DNA of 64,000 bases from Azospirillum sp. (GTDB taxonomy: Bacteria > Pseudomonadota > Alphaproteobacteria > Azospirillales > Azospirillaceae). The translations under genes and the position numbers were made by a program. The stretch spans positions 212-64,211 of the forward strand of contig DASWVP010000220.1 of NCBI GenBank assembly GCA_036401175.1, read 5' to 3'. This document shows positions 61,734-64,000 of the stretch, in pieces (positions within the stretch are counted from its first letter, which is position 1; each line of letters begins with the position of its first letter). The notes beneath the pieces were generated by a model. It did not search any database. It saw only the letters and a list, made by a program, of their open reading frames with translations, and was not told the origin of the DNA.

Positions 61734-62317
61734 GGCTCGCTGGTGCCTTTTGGATGGGTCTTTGAGCCGTGCGCCCGGCTCACCCGATTCTACAACCGAT
61801 GGACAGAATGTTTCTTCCCGCGGGTCATACGTATGATCTGGAAAGCAGCAGGATTGTGGACGTCACCGCATCATGCCGCAGCAATCCGGAAGCCGAGGCC
61901 GGAGCGGCACCAACAAAGACGGGCCGGGCACGACGGCGCGGCCCGAGTCGGAGAAAGAACGCAACGCAACGGAGGCGCCCTCGCCGGCGCCGATTCCCGA
62001 AGGAAGCATGGCGGCGGCCGGCGTCAGCGGCCGGGGTGCGTGGGGAGGGGGCCGATGCTCTTCTCCATGGCCCCGACGTCCTCTTCCAGGCCGTGGGTCT
62101 CGTTCTCGACGCCCGTGACCTGCTGATGCGTCGGTTCGACGGCACGGGACAGTCGGCTCAACCGGGCCGACAGAGCATTCAGATTGCGCCGTGCGTCGGC
62201 GCGGACTGTCGCGGCCCGCCCGATCAGCGTGCCCGGCCGGGATCGTCGCCGTTGCGCCCTCGCGCGGCGCGTCCGCCGGGGGCATCGGGACCGATGCCCC
62301 GATGCCCTCGGGCGGCG

Positions 62318-62767
62318 TCACCTCTCTTGCAGCGACTGGACGTAGAACACCAACTCCAGGATGCGCCCGCGGACGATCTGTTCGGAGCCCCACGGCCAGA
62401 CCTCTTCGGTCGACAGGGCGTGGAAGCGCTCGCCCCAGACCGGCATGTCCTTCGTGCCGTGCGCCGAAATCATCTGCCGCCCATCGATCAGCTGATAGAC
62501 GTACTCGGCGGGAAAGACGCCGTTGTTGCGCTTGGCAATGCCCGCCAGGGATGCGGGGCGCTTCGCGAGCTGGTCGGCAAGCGGACCGTCGCCTTTCCCT
62601 TGCCGCCCATGGCAGACGGCGCAGTTCTTGATGAACTCGGCCTGCCCGATGGGCTCGTCCTTGGCGGTGTCGAGCGTTTGCGCCATGGCCGGCGGCGCCA
62701 TGGACAGAATGGTGGCGGCCACGATGGCCGTGCGGAGCGAGAGGCGCGTTTTCGTGTCCGGTCGCAT
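62318..62767 (-). CDS. Periplasmic c-type cytochrome
   Basis: Signal peptide, CAVCHG...GDGP, HG...MPVWG; GGAGG RBS. Confidence 0.92.
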   Translation of the reverse strand: MRPDTKTRLSLRTAIVAATILSMAPPAMAQTLDTAKDEPIGQAEFIKNCAVCHGRQGKGDGPLADQLAKRPASLAGIAKRNNGVFPAEYVYQLIDGRQMISAHGTKDMPVWGERFHALSTEEVWPWGSEQIVRGRILELVFYVQSLQER

Positions 62768-62867
62768 CGTTCCCTCCATGAAGTGCGCTGGGAGCCAGCG
62801 TCGTACCGGCTTCATGAGAGCGCACCCCGCCCCGCTGGGAATTAACCCCAGTTAATGTAAGTTACAG

Positions 62868-64000
62868 CTAACCTATGAGGCCGGGCGCGTGCGTCTGGCC
62901 GTCGTTGCGGTGTGGCGGCTGTTCCGCCGTGTCCCGCCGCATGGAGCGCACCACCCACTTGCGCGCCTCGTCCGCCGCGACCATCGCCAGCACCACCGGC
63001 ACCCCGGCCAGCCACGCCCACCAGGGCAGCGGCGCCGTGCCGAACAGCAGGTTGCCCGGAACCGTATAGACGATGGCGAGGATCAGCATCCCCTCCACGG
63101 CGATGCCCAGCGGAATCAGGCGGTTGCGCGGCATGGCGCGGTCGAGGACGGACTCGCGGTCGCTGCGGCACAGGTACACGTTGGCGACCTGCGCCACGAT
63201 GATGGCGGCCAGGCACGCCGTGGTCGCCCGCAGGTACAGCGGGTCGTGCGCCGCAAGCTGCCGCCCCCACGTCCAGCCCCCGGCGAGCAGCACGGCGAAA
63301 TAGGCCGCCATGGCCGCCGCCGCCTCGAACACGCCCAGGAACAGGTAGGCGCGCGCCAGCAGGCCCGCCGACAACAGCCGCTCGCCGCGCGGACGCGGCG
63401 GGCGGTTCATGACGTCGCGGTGCGGCGGCTCCGCCCCCAGCGCCAGCGCCGGCAGCATGTCGGTGCCCAGATCGACCGCCAGGATCTGGATGACGGTCAG
63501 CGGCAGCGGGATGCCGAACAGCACGAAGGCCAGATAGGGGACGATCTCCGGGATGTTGGAGGTGAGGATGTAGGCCATGAACCGGCGGATGTTGGCGAAC
63601 ACCGCGCGGCCTTCCTCGATGGCGTGGACGATGCTGGCGAAGTTGTCGTCCAGCAGCACCATGTCGGCCGCCTCGCGCGCCACGTCGGTGCCGCAGCGGC
63701 CCATCGCCACGCCGATGTCGCCCTGCTTCAGCGCCGGGGCGTCGTTGACGCCGTCGCCGGTCACCGCCACGACCTCGCCACGCCGCTGCAGCGCCTGCAC
63801 GACGCGCAGCTTCTGGTCGGCGCCGATGCGGGCGAAGAGGACCTCCTCGGCGTCCAGCGTCAGCATCAGGTGCGCGTCGGACAGCGTGCGCAGCCGGTCG
63901 CCGGTCACCACCTCCGGCTCCGGCCCGTGCACCAGCCCGATCTCGCGGGCGATGGACAACGCCGTGTGCGGGTGGTCGCCGGTGATCATGATGACGCGCA
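62868..64000 (-). CDS. Cation-transporting P-type ATPase (type II), 3' part; truncated by window end
   Basis: MITGD, TGDGVNDAPALK, DDNFASIV, SNIPE, QILAVDLGTD. Confidence 0.95.
   Translation of the reverse strand, partial: RVIMITGDHPHTALSIAREIGLVHGPEPEVVTGDRLRTLSDAHLMLTLDAEEVLFARIGADQKLRVVQALQRRGEVVAVTGDGVNDAPALKQGDIGVAMGRCGTDVAREAADMVLLDDNFASIVHAIEEGRAVFANIRRFMAYILTSNIPEIVPYLAFVLFGIPLPLTVIQILAVDLGTDMLPALALGAEPPHRDVMNRPPRPRGERLLSAGLLARAYLFLGVFEAAAAMAAYFAVLLAGGWTWGRQLAAHDPLYLRATTACLAAIIVAQVANVYLCRSDRESVLDRAMPRNRLIPLGIAVEGMLILAIVYTVPGNLLFGTAPLPWWAWLAGVPVVLAMVAADEARKWVVRSMRRDTAEQPPHRNDGQTHAPGLIG

Noticed and set aside
62842-62855. Canonical CtrA box
   Set aside because: TTAA-N6-TTAA rather than TTAA-N7-TTAA.

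Overview
High-GC alphaproteobacterial DNA; gene content and repeat types suggest an Azospirillum-like Rhodospirillales chromosome (inference). The first ~34.4 kb looks like core genome: the end of a formate dehydrogenase operon, a WD40 protein, class II aldolase, amidase/EamA/Uup, djlA, GNAT, three chemoreceptor loci, phoH, minCDE, a CRTAC1-like protein, a D-amino-acid peptide cluster, an AT3-SGNH acyltransferase, UDG, glk-otsA, the MmgR/SuhB-type sRNA, N-formylglutamate amidohydrolase and tRNA-Val(GAC). It also carries nested palindromic REP/MITE elements. From tRNA-Val onward the window looks like a decayed genomic island. It holds deletion-fused scraps of an IetS-like protease, IS66, ECF sigma/anti-sigma, a sensor kinase, a P-type ATPase, a CPA2 antiporter, ArdC, Csb2 and an integrase. 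Between the scraps are intact cargo blocks: a full Mrp/Pha antiporter operon converging on nhaA, and a low-oxygen-type block (FNR box, two USPs, AraCs, hemerythrin, cytochrome c, P-type ATPase). The best candidate for an undescribed system is the intact 43.4-52.8 kb module. It encodes a thioredoxin-fold/2OG-Fe(II) oxygenase fusion, a DxD GT-A-like protein, a GT-B glycosyltransferase, a Cys-His-Asp transglutaminase-like protein, a 38-aa peptide, an outer-membrane beta-barrel, an atypical MlaA and NhaA, arranged around a two-component system. All calls come from motif recognition by eye; no database searches were run.
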